64,000 bases of DNA from Gonapodya sp. JEL0774. Its lineage: Eukaryota. Each line of letters opens with the position of its first letter. The first letter of the stretch is position 1. The notes under the pieces were generated by a model, which was given only the letters and a program-made list of their open reading frames with translations, did not search any database and was not told the origin of the DNA. Where the stretch lies: NCBI GenBank assembly GCA_027604505.1, contig JADIIX010000044.1, positions 1-64,000 on the forward strand, given 5' to 3'. The translations under genes were made by a program, and so were the position numbers. Of the stretch, positions 24,983 to 36,811 are shown in pieces.

Positions 24983-27380
24983 ATGCCTTCCGAAACTCTA
25001 TCCACCGAGTAAGCAGCACTTCTAGTGTGCATGGAGTCCTCTCGACGGAAGCAATTGGGAGCATGTGACGCACCTCCATGAAGTCATAATCAATTCGTCC
25101 TCCCTCCCACTCTCTCCTAGAATCACCCGCATGTTCAACATCAAGTACCCCATCCTGCTCGCCGGGAGTGAGTGATGGAAATGTTTGCTGGCTTTCTGAT
25201 TTCTCTCCATAATGGCTGTACTCTTAGTGAATGTTGCTGCTGGGCCTGAACTCGCTGCTGCTGGTGAGCCTTGAACGTGTGATACGGAAATGCTTGTGTG
25301 TGAGCTGACATTTTTGTCGTCAATCACCAGTCACCAATGCCGGTAGGTATCACAAGTTGTCAAGTGAGAACGATCACAAAGTATCTCTCCTTCCCCATAA
25401 TTATATCTTTAGGTGGCCTTGGAGTTATTGGTGGTCTTGGCTACACCCCAGGTGTGTTTGGAATGTCAGAGCAACTAGGCAGAGATGATAAAATTTCTTT
25501 GTGCCATCAGAGAACCTCCGCAAGCAGATCAACATAGTTAGATCTCACCTTCAAAACAAGTCTGCTCCATTCGGTGTGGATCTGCTCCTTCGTAAGTCCC
25601 TGCGGTGCGACCTGTTTCGTGCACCAGGAACTGAACAGTTCTGTATTTCGTAGCCCAAGTTGGCGGTAACGCTCGGAAGACCAACAAAGATTACACCGGT
25701 GGCATGTTGCCCGGTTTGATCGATGTGATTATCCAAGAGAAGACAGCGCTGTTCGTTTGTGCTGTTGGAGTGCCTCCGAAGTAAGCGCTGTTTTCCCTTT
25801 CCCCATTCCACCCTTAATCCACCCCCCCACCCCAACCCCACTTCAATTATACAGGTGGGCCGTAGACAAGCTGCATGCCGCGGGCATTCCTATCAGTAAG
25901 TACATTATCTGAAAGTTAACCTGGACGACAAGAGGAAGTAACGAATTGCGTCATTCTTCCGATTCCCCTCTTTCTAATCTTTCAGTGAACATGATTGGAG
26001 CACCCAAGCACGCAATCAAAGCTTTGGAAGTTGGAGTAGAGTAGGTGGTCAATTTTGTGTCCCGAAGGTAATCAACGTAAATTGATCCGTTGTTCCAACT
26101 CGACCAGCATTATCTGCGCTCAGGGTGGAGAAGGAGGCGGTCACACCGGCGAAATTGCCACCAGCATTCTGATTCCCAAGGTGGTCGACATTGTCAAGGG
26201 TCGCAAGTCCCCTTTGACTGGCCGACAAGTCCCCGTCGTTGCAGCGGGGGGTATTTTCGATGGGCGTTCATTGGCGATGAGTTTGTGTATGGGTGCTCAC
26301 GCTGTTTGGTAAGTCGATTACGTAGCTCTTTCAACTAACATGTCTTGTTTTAACGCCAGTATCGCTTCTTTCTTTTCCAGGGTTGGGTACGTGTTTCTAA
26401 CATATAATGGAAAAACTGAAACACTCACGGTGGTTGCACTTGTAGTACGCGCTTCGTTGCTTCGGTTGAGGCTGGTGCTCCTCCCAGACACAAAAATGGT
26501 GTTGTCGGAGGTGAGAACATCTTTTCGTCCTCGTCGGTTCGGGTCTTCTCTGAACACAACCCGCCACTCGTTGGGATTTGCAGCTGGATACACCGACACG
26601 ATTCGGACAATTATTTTCACCGGAAGGCCCATGCGTGTCCTCAAGGTGAGTCGATGTCTGAGCACAGCACTGGAGCTCTGATATTCGATCACTTTCCGTG
26701 GGTAACTCACCCCCACCCCACTCTCTGTGATACGAAGAACCCCTTCATCTTGGACTGGGAGGAGAACAAGCAAGATCAAATAAAGCAACTGTGAGTATCA
26801 GTTGTCGATGCAGCTGTTTGAACAACAGTGACTGTAATTCGCTTGCGCAATGATATCAGCACTGCCAAGGGTGTTCTCCCTGTTGCATGGAACATGGACC
26901 AGATTGCCAAACAAAATGATGGTGTGATTCCTACAGACATCATGATCCAAGGCACTCCCTTGCTCATGGGACAGGTGAGATCAAGAGTTTGAATGTCATT
27001 TGTACCCGGAAATTTGTGCTTACGACTCATTTGTTTCAAGGTTGCGTAAGTGGACTGATCTTTTAGGTTCTATTTCGATGGACGCTAAGCTATCCTTTGT
27101 TCATTTTCCATCCCACTACAATACTAGTGGAGCGTGAGTTGGAGATATTGCGGTGTTAATTACAACTCTCTCCGGGCGAGCCCCTAACATGCACCTATCG
27201 CTTTATACAGAATCAATGACATTCTTCCTGCCGCGCAGATTGTTGACGAAATGGTGTCTCAAGCAGTTGCGGTCTTGAAAGAGACGAGTGGCTGTGAGTG
27301 AATTCCTTCTTCCTCTCCCGGTTCGAGTGAATATTAACCAATATATCTATCTAGTCATCAAACCGACTCCGAAACTGTAA
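24983..27380 (+). CDS. Nitronate monooxygenase / 2-nitropropane dioxygenase family flavoprotein
   Basis: GGLGVIGG, PFGVDLLL, AQGGEGGGHTG, VVAAGGIFDGR, VWVGTRF and MGQVAGAI motifs, assembled from many small exons. Ends ...PTPKL*. Confidence 0.93.
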
Positions 27381-27686
27381 ACTTTAGTTTACCTGACGAT
27401 CTGCAGTGCATGAGTTGATATAACCGTTTACTCCAATACATTGCCTTCACTTTGTTTTGTTCCTTCTCCATCATTCCTCTCTTTTCATCTTTTTTTGTCT
27501 CATTATCAAGCGATTCACCCATGGAACGCAAGTATTTGTACCCCTGCTGCATAAATCGCAAATACCACATGGTCAATTTGTCTGGAGGGGGAGGGGAGTG
27601 ACTTTGGACGATCAGCAGGGTCGATCGATCATGCTCGGGGACACCACGGTCAAGACACCAAGACGCTCGCTTGAACTCTCTTTCCC

Positions 27687-29984
27687 ATGCGGACTTCTGC
27701 GATGGAGGGCAGAACACCAATGGGCCCACAATCCAAGAGACATTGCACTGATGGTATGGAATCTATTCTGTCTTCTCTCCCCTCGTTGTCGCTTGCCCTG
27801 CTTTCATTTAGTCTTTCTGTCCACACACACACACTCCCCCCTCCATCACTCTGCCTTGCTCAGTGCTTTGGCTCATTCTTTTTGTTGCCTACTGGCTGGG
27901 GATGCTTGTCGTTGCAAATATGGCTGTCAAGGCCGGTGATCCAACTCGGTTACTGTGAGTGCGTTTTGAGTGCCTCTTCCCTGGGTCACATGTGACTCCA
28001 GTTTGCTCCCCACATCTCTTCGTCGTCGTCAAGATATGGATATGATTCAGCAGGTAACCTGTGCGGAGTGAACAACACACGTTCCAACTCCACTCTACGT
28101 GATATGACGACAAAGCCCAATTTGTACTACTGGGATCCACTCGCGCTCGCCTCCTCGCTCACCCCTTCCCTTAACTTGAACGTGTCGTGGTCCGTATGTG
28201 TAGAAGAGTGCCCGCATGTTGATGGCCAGGTTGCTCTCCCATCAGTTGCAAACCACACTGGTTGCAAGTACGACGTGAACATCACGACAGCACTTGATCT
28301 CACAAATGCGATTCTAGCGGGAAACTGCCCGTCTTTTTTCTACGCCACGAGCCCTGTCGTGAATCGATGCTTTCCGACCGTTGAGGTCTCCAGCAATGCG
28401 ACGCAGATTTGGAACAACGGCGCGGTAGACTTTAATGCCCTTCTCAACACTGGCAAGGATATCTTCTCGAAAGCCATTGGTGATATCGTGACCACGTGGC
28501 CCGTTCTTGTGGCTGCCGTCGGTGTCAGTCTTGTCATGTGCTTCACCTGGCTCATTATTATGCGTGTCTTTGTCGCACTGTTTGTCTACTTGTCTATTCT
28601 CCTTGTTCTGGTCGGATTCGATGGTGGTGCGGTCTATCTGTACTTTTTCTGGCAAGCCAAAGTCACGGAGTTCAATGCGACTCCGGTAGCGTCGCAAACA
28701 GATCAGATGCGATGGACCAGAGACCTCAGCATGGGTGCTTTCATTGCCGTCGCCATCATTGGTGGCCTTCTCACCATCATAATCATCGCTATGCGCAACC
28801 GGATTCGTATCGCTGTCCAAGTTATCAAGGAGGCGTCTCGTGCCTTACAAGCAATGCCCTTTGTCATCGCCTCTCCTCTGATCGCTTTTATCTTCGAGAT
28901 CGTTCTTGTCGCGTACACCCTGTGGATTGGCCTGTTTCTTGCCACGGCCCAAGGGCCCGCCATCTTCAACGACTTTGGGGTGTACCTCTCTTCGCAGCAA
29001 CTCATGCAAGGCCTCCCCTATTACCATCTCCTAGGATTTTTCTGGACCTACGCATTTTTTGTGGGCTGCAACCAAACCGTCATCGCTGGTTCGGTGGCGT
29101 GCTGGTACTGGACGCTCGACAAGAAGCGACTCCCGGGGTGGCCGGTGATGGATTCCATCAAGCGCACTGTGGTGTACCACCTGGGATCGATCGCTTTGGG
29201 GTCTTTACTGATTGGTTTGACGCAACTCGCTCGGTACATCGTGCTCAAGGCCAACGGTTGGGTCAAGGACTCGGCTGGTGCCAAGTACATTCAGTACATA
29301 TTGGCCTGCGTACAGTGCTGTCTCGCGTGCCTGGAAAAGTTCCTCAAGTTTCTGTCCAAAAACGCCTACATTGAAATGGCCATCTACGGCAAACCCTTTT
29401 GCACCTCTGCCAAAAACGCATTCCAAACTCTCCTCCGCAACGCATTCCGTCTCATCGCGGTGGATAGCGTGTCTATGTTTGTCCTCCTTATTGGAAAGCT
29501 CTGCATCACAGCCGCGGTGGCCTTTATCGGGTACATTTATCTGGACAAACAATCCGCCGTCTACCAAGTCCAACTCCTCCCCGTTCCCGTGGCGGTGATT
29601 GCGCTCGAGGCTTTCATCGTGGCGAACACTTTTCTGGGCGTGTATAGGATGGCCATCGACACCATCTTTTTGTGCTTTTGCGAGGATTGCGAAAAGAACG
29701 ACGGGTCGCCTGAGCGGCCCTTCTACATGAGCGCAACTTTGCAGGGAATTACAAACAACAACAACCAAAAGCTTGCACCGACGAAAATGAGGGTGAGAGT
29801 TTTGTCACCGTTTTCGTTTTGGAACGCACCCTCCACCCCACCGTGGTGCCAGGCGTGCTCCTGGTGGTGGTGTCCAAGTGCAGCCCTCTGAGATGATGAT
29901 TCTCCTCTAACACGTTTGACTCTTCTTGGTCCGACCTCACAGATTGTCGCATCCAGGAAAGTCGCGATCGCGGACGAGTACTGA
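27687..29984 (+). CDS. Choline transporter-like protein (CTL/SLC44 family)
   Basis: RHCTD near the N-terminus, CVEECP, many TM segments, YHLGSIALGSL, SKNAYIEMAIYGKPFCTSA, IDTIFLCFCED...PFYM. The start is uncertain. Confidence 0.92.
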
Positions 29985-30300
29985 ATTTCTTGATCGTCGC
30001 ACGCAGTTTCTAACCCACCAATCGCACGTGTGCCATTATCATCACGATTTTGTAGAATGTTTTTGATTCATGCCTAGTAATACATTGTGCTTGCAGATTT
30101 ACTCTTGTTGAGATCACTAAAACAAGAGCGATCAAAAAACGATAATGAACGAAGTGACTCCACCGTGATGTGATTGTTCTCATTCCGTTCTTTCCCGACA
30201 AACGGGAACCCAATAACACCACCCGACTCGTCCCACCCTTACTTTTTCTCACTGTTTTCATCGCACGCCTTTCTCACCCTCGACACAGGCCGCCATCGAT

Positions 30301-32572
30301 TCAGAGAGCTTGGTTCTGATAGCTTCCGCCGTAGCTGCGATCGCATTGGGTTCACAAGGTACCGAAACCATGGCCATCAACGCCACACACAACACAGCAC
30401 AATAGCAGAAAAACGAAACAGGAGCAAACAATGAGCGAGGGAATAGGCGTTGGGCATCCAACAGAAAGAACGCAGCAAGGCAAGAGATCGACTCACTGTC
30501 CGTTTCCTTCCATGGTCAAAAAGATCATCTGCACACCAAATGGGAAGGGGGCAGTGGGGAAGTGGGGAGGTGAGAGCCGCGGAGCACGGTGAGAGGGGGG
30601 CACTTTCCGTTGCCTTTGCGAAATGACGTGATGCCGGGTCACGGCCACGTACGTGCCGCATCATCCCCCCGCCACCATTCCCACCACGCCCCACCGCATC
30701 ACGGCACCGGCACCGGCGGCAGGAGTTGGAGTTGGCCACGACTTGCGGACTTGCGATCGCGATCGGAGACCACGACCACCCCCACGGTGAACTCCCGGTC
30801 CGCCCGCCCTACCCCGCTCCGCCTCCCCCCTCCGCCCGCTCCCACCCCCCGAGCCCCACAAGATACCCAAATCTACTCACCTGACAAATCTTCGTCCCCG
30901 GGTACAGTGCCAGAGTGAGTGAGCTGGCGTTGAAGATTTCAAGCACGGTTTGGTTGTTGACGCCGGGGTTCTGGGGCAAGGGGGTGGGGGGGGGAGGGTC
31001 GTGGGTGGTGGGTGGTGGAGGGTGAGGTGATTGATGCAAGGAAACATGGGACGTCGAACGTCATCGTGGGAGACGGGCACAACCGCCACCCGTCGTCCCC
31101 CACCGAATCCGCCTCCCCCCTCCGCCCGCCCCACCACCGCAAGACACGACCAACCACCGACCCCGAACGTACAATGAGCGATGCGGTGATGTGGACCGAG
31201 AGGCCGAGGCGGGCGAAGCGGGAGCGGCCCTCTACGGGGGTGGTGGGCACATGGTGTGGGGTGGGGTGTGTGGTGTGGGGTGTGAGTGTGGGCAAAACAA
31301 ACATGGTGAAGAAAATACGGTGAGGATGGGGGGATGGTGAGAACCGGTAGGATATGACCATATGACCCGCCCCGCCGCTCGTCTCCGAACCATGTTCACA
31401 TTGACGTGACCTCCGCGTGGTCGCGTCTGCGCGTCCGTCCCGCTGCCACCGCCCCTCGCTCGTCCGCCCCCACCATGCCCACCTCCCTCCCACGATGTCC
31501 ACCTCAGCCTCCCCCTCCCTCCCAGCCACCTCCCCCACTGCCCACTCCCCACACCCCACTACCCACCGACGAGGGCACACAAGTCGTCGGGCAGGTGGAC
31601 GCGTTCCCTGGTGATGCCGAGGCACATCTGGTTGGGGCCGAGGAAGTAGGGTTCGCCGTCGTTGAGTTTTGTCTGAAATGGGGGGGGCGGGGGGGGGGGG
31701 GGCGGGGACGATGAGACGACAACAGCATCGAAAAACCAAAAAAGGAAGACGGAGACAAAACAAAACAAGAAGAACAAGAACAAGAACGTTGCTGTCCTAC
31801 TCGCCGCCACTCCCTCTGGCCCTCCGCGGCCTTGTGGCCGTGGGTTAGCACCTCCGATTTTCCCCTCGACCGTCCCCATCATCCACTGACCACGCACACC
31901 CGCAGACCGCAGACCACGTCCCACACCAGCAGCTGGACAGGTACACGTCGGGTACTGACCACAGTTGTGAAGTTCTGGTAATCCCTTGGGTCTGCCGAGT
32001 TGGAAATGGGGACTGCGCCGTTGTGGTGGATGAAAGAGCGGAACTCGTTGTCGAGAGTGAGGTCGATGCTGGGAGTTGAGGGTGTTGAGGGAGTGTTGAG
32101 GGAGTGTTGGGGGTGAGTGTGGGTGGGAGTGGAGGGAGAAGGGGGGAGTGGGGTGTGAGTGTATTTAGAGGGGGAGCGGAGAGAAGAAGGAGGGATGGAT
32201 GAATGCAATGGAGTGTGGAGTGTGGGGGGGGGGGGATGGGCAGAGATGGCGTTACCTGGCTGCGCCGATGGCAGAGATGTCTGGCATTGGATTGATGACA
32301 AGCTTCCTATTGGGTGTGGGGGGGAGTGCGGGGGAGAGTAGGGGGCGAGAGGGGCGTGGGTGGGAGATGGGGGGAGAGTGGGGGGAAGGGCGGAAAGGAG
32401 TGCGGGCCAGGGACAAGGGAGGGGTTGGAAGGGCGGAAGGGAGCGCGTCGAAGGGCGGAAGAGAGTGCGGGGGAGGCGCCAGAGTGGGGTGATGACGGGG
32501 ATCGATCGATCGACTGATCTCCCACTTTTGATTCAAGTATCGTGATATTTCTGCACCGCTCAGCACTCCCAT
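30301..32572 (-). CDS. dcd: dCTP deaminase (trimeric dUTPase-like fold), 8 exons, 175 aa
   Basis: Exons 32572-32526, 32306-32256, 32068-31960, 31672-31567, 31231-31173, 30970-30881, 30528-30497 and 30334-30301 are all GT-AG bounded and sum to 528 nt in one frame. Translation includes VLSGAEI, ASIDLTL, EGRSRFARLGLSVH, NPG..VLEIFN, YPGTKICQMIF and YGGSYQNQ. Confidence 0.9.
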
Positions 32573-33226
32573 CCTGACTACGGCCCGTCAATGGCGGAGA
32601 ATGCAGAGAGCGGGGGGGACACCTGTGCGGGGACGGGCCACGTGATCGGCGGGCACCGTGCTGACTCCCCCCCATATACCCGTACTCCTACTTTCATACC
32701 ATCAAACTGTCTATCAAATCACCCCACAAATCACGTGCTTCAGACAAATCTTTGCCCACCAATGACTCTATCTTTTATACATGCCACTTCAGCGTCTTTA
32801 AGTGACGTTTAAGTGGCGCAGGGATACCAAGTGTACTCAATTTGAGTTTCCAGCACTGGAGACTCTGGAACACACTTGTTGGTTTTCTGGAACTTGAGTC
32901 AGTTCGCCATGGAGGGGGTGTTGATTCATTGCCGTGGAGGATGATGGTTAGGCTGAAGCCTTATGGACGGAGAAGGAATAATTTGATGGTGCTGCCGGGA
33001 ATGCAGGTCTTAAACGCGTTCAGACACCCTCGTTATGGCTCTCTCTCCACACTCCATGTATACACTAATAGGAAGTAAACTAAGAACACTTATTGACAAT
33101 ATATTAGCATTAAGTATAGTTAGAGTACAACTTGGGCACAAATCAAGTGCTCAGTTTTAAGGTCAGTCTTGACTGGCCACTCGGCACCACGGGAAAGCCT
33201 TGAGGCCCAAGACAAACCAGCAACCG

Positions 33227-34670
33227 ATGGGCGTGCTTGAATCCGTCCTGCTCATCTCCTTTCTTCTCGTCGCAATCGAGTCAATCGGCTACTCAACCAT
33301 CATATCTTTCGTACGTTCCAATTCCCCCTTGTTACCTTCCCTTCTCCACCTCACCCCTCTATCCCTTCTCTTCGTTCCCTCTCCCTAGCTATGGTCCATA
33401 TACTCCTTCTTTTCATCCGACAAGTCCGTCCAAATCATCGCCAAGCTCAAAGCTGAAATCGTCAAGCTCAGGAAAGACCTCGCCAACACCAGCAGTCAGG
33501 TGATCCAACCCCCCATCTATCCCCTCCTTCTTGGTGCTCCTTCCTCAACGCTCTCGCTCCCCATCACCCCCCCTTTACACCCCCCTTTTTTCATTCCATT
33601 TCGTCTTTCTTCCCCCTCGAACCACCAGGACGAGTTCGCCAAATGGGCAAAGATCCGCAGACGTCTCGACGCGGCCACGGCAGACCTCCAGGCCAAATGT
33701 GAGTCTGAGTCTGTGTGGTTTGTAGGGGCCCCGGCCTTGGGGTTTGGGCCAGGGTTTGGGTTTGGGTAATGGATGGGGGTTCGGGGAGGGGTACCGTGAA
33801 TGGCTCGATTGACGCGTGACGCGTGACGGGTGATCACGGTCACGAGCACTCACTGAGGAGTGGGAGACCGGTTCGCTCGTCACAACGGAATCCGGACATC
33901 CAGCCGTCCCAAAAAGCGGCGTGAAGATCAGGGTCCGAGGCGATGCAGGGGGCCGACAGACCTCCCGGTTTTTTTCATCCGTCGTCGGTGGTAACCCGGC
34001 GGGGGGCTCATGGTGTTTCCATGGGACCGACACCCCCGGCCGCCAGTCTCCTCACTCGCATGCAAACCCACCTGCATGCACGCTCACTGACCGGTTCCCC
34101 CCCCAACTCGGCTCCCACACTTGCAACCTGCACACCTGCCACGATCACGTGCCCGCCAACCGGTCCCACCGCTCTCCTCCGCCATCCACTCCTCCTCTCA
34201 CTCATCCACCCCCGCCCTCCCCGTTCCATTCCCCCTTTCCTTTTCCCTGCTCCCCATTCCCCCTCACCCACCCACTCCTCATCTTCTCCTCCTCCTCCTC
34301 CTCCCCTCAGCCCTCCATCTCACTACCCTCCGCACCCGCTTCTCCTTCCCCCTCTCCCTCCTCCTCTCCCTCTTCGTCTACGGGTCCCAGCTCGTCATCG
34401 TCCTGTGGTTCAGAGGCACGGGGGCGTTTGTGATGCCCAGCGATTGGATCGGCACGGTACCGGCCTGGGTCGTGGGGATGGGGGGGGGCGGCGGGGGTGG
34501 GTTGCGGGGGGAGAGGGGGGTGGGGGGGTGGGGGGGCTATGGGTGGTGAGGCGGGGGAGAGGGCTTGAGCGGGGTTTGGGGTGCGGTCGTTGGGGAGATC
34601 AAGGGATTGGAAGGTGCAGAGAAGGAGTTGGGTGGGGTTGGGGTGAGGGTATGGGGGCTTGAAGGTGGTT
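33227..34670 (+). CDS. GET1: GET pathway receptor GET1/WRB
   Basis: N-terminal TM, coiled coil LKAEIVKLRKDLANTSSQ|DEFAKWAKIRRRLD, then a TM and FVMPSDW. The 3' end lies in G-runs and is uncertain. Confidence 0.85.
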
Positions 34671-35335
34671 TGGCCGTCGTGCGGTGGTTGGTGGAGCTCC
34701 AAGTTGCGGACGGTGGAGATCGAATTTCCGCCGTTCCCTTGTTCTGCGGCTCGGAGAGGTGGAGGTGGAGGAAAACTTTTCGCCCAGCCCCCCGCGCCCC
34801 TTTCGTCGTCGTTCTTACCCCGTTTTCTTCCCCGTCTCTTCCACCACACGAACCAACACCAACTCCCCACCCGTACCCCATTGTCCCACTTTTTCCCTGC
34901 GTTCCCGCTGTCTCTCACACCCCAAACCAGGCTTCGTGTCTGTCACCTTCTTTCTCTACTCGTGTAGGAAAGTGTTTAGGAAACTGTTCAACGGGATAGA
35001 AGCTTGAGAAAACTACACTGTGGTTTTTTCTTTCGTTTTGATGTATTGCTTGTACATAATTTTGTTTTGGTTGACGCTCCCATGGTGCTGGTCCTACGCA
35101 ATGTTGTACGAGAAGAACCAGAGAAACTGTGACCTGAGTCCGTTGGAGCAACTCCACTGACCCCCCCCCCCACACCCTTCCCACACACTCGTTGCATTCC
35201 TCCAGCTACCCACCGCACCATTCCATTCCACTCCCACCCCTCCTCCATTCCCCCATCCCGCCGTCCGCCTTTTCTTTTTGCGAATCCCCGCTTGTGAACA
35301 CCCCCAGATCCCGACAGAATCATTTCCAATCCCGA

Positions 35336-36647
35336 ATGGCAATGGTGGACATCGCAGAAACCAGGTGAATACCGCTTTTCCATTCCATCTCCCTCGGTGC
35401 CCCCTGTATCTCATCCTCACATCCGCACCTTCCCGCTCCCCGCTTCGCCCGCCCAGCGTCAGCGTCGCCGACCTCGACCCGATCCTCCCCGACTCGGAAA
35501 CGCACACCCACACCCACACCCACACGAAACGCCAGCGGAACGAAGACGAGGAGGAGGATGGGATGGTCGTGGACGGGGGGGAGGGCGCCGCGGCGCAGGC
35601 AGAGGGGGAGAGGGACGGGGAGGGGGAGGTGGTCGTGCAGGTGGGTGGTTGAGGAGCGGCGGGGCCCCGCGGGTTTTGTTTTTGTTTTTTTCTTTTGCTT
35701 ACTGTTCTCTGCTTTCGTGGTAATGGGGTTTTTTGTTGGTTTTTGTCGGTGTGGATTGTGGACCCTGGGCGGATTGATTCTGTGGATTGGATCCAGCATC
35801 AACCCGAGAAGCGGTCCAGGTTAGACACCAACAACGTGGAAATCAAGCAGAGGAGCAAGAGGTTGTTTGGACAGCTGTTGGGGACGTTGAATAAGTTCAA
35901 GGAGCAGTCGGGGACAAAGAGCGAGGCGGTGAGTTAGGGAGAGGGGGGACGGGGTGAGGGCGAAAAGAACGACTCGCGTTTCCTCAACGATACTTTGCTT
36001 CCGTGCTTTCGTGCATTTGCTCGCGTGTCGACTTTGTTGGAATGGACTGGACTGGCTGGTACCTCCCTCAACGATATTCCCCCGGTGCTTTTGTCAATGG
36101 GTTCACTTTGTTTGGACTGAACTGGACCTCGGGATCGCGCTCGGACGAACTCTTCCCACCCCGCCAGCAAATCCGACGAGAGGAGTTCGAAGCCCGGTTG
36201 GCCGAAAAGCTCGCCAAGGAAAAAGCCGAGCTCGCGTCCAAAGTCGCGGTGGAGAACGAGGAACGGCGCAAAGCCCGCGAGGAGCACCGGAAGAAGGAGG
36301 ACCAAGAGCGACGGGTGGCCCTCAATGCCCTCCACCGGCGGTACAAATCCAACATGTCCAACTTTGTCAAGACAAAGGCCGACCCGCCCATATACTACCT
36401 CCCCGCCAAGCTCACCGACCCCATACTCGAACTCCTGGCGGCTCAAAAGCGGGAACTGGCGCTGGAGACGCTCGAGACGACGAGGGACGGGGAGGGGTCG
36501 CCAAAGGAGGGCGAGGCGAACGGGAACGGGAGGGGGGACCACCACGAGGATGGGGATGGGGTTCGGGAACGGGAGGGTTCAAAAGATGATGCGGGGGATC
36601 CGGGGGGGCGGGACGGGGAGGACGAGGATGGGATGGACGATAAGTGA
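35336..36647 (+). CDS. Pinin/SDK/memA domain protein
   Basis: KQRSKRLFGQLLGTLNKF, charged coiled coil, and NFVKTKADPPIYYLP. Confidence 0.88.
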
Positions 36648-36811
36648 TGGGCGGATGTGTAATAGGGCGAACAACGGGTGTCCATGTTTTTTTTCCAGAC
36701 CGGAACCACGTCACGAGGAGCTAGGCATTCGGTGGTTTTCTAATAGTTCTAGTCTTATGATTGGAGCTTTCTGCACAGACATGTTTTCATTTCAAGTTTC
36801 ATCCTCCGCAC

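Noticed and set aside
28314..29768. Long alternative-frame and antisense ORFs over the choline transporter
   Set aside because: Shadow ORFs expected from GC-rich codon usage, with no protein motifs.
34470..34680. Apparent frameshift or premature stop at the GET1 3' end
   Set aside because: Lies in G homopolymers prone to sequencing error, and an unrecognised intron is possible; not evidence of recoding.
30589..36714. Many Pro/Gly-rich ORFs in all six frames
   Set aside because: Produced by G/C runs in introns; the real exons belong to dcd, GET1 and pinin.
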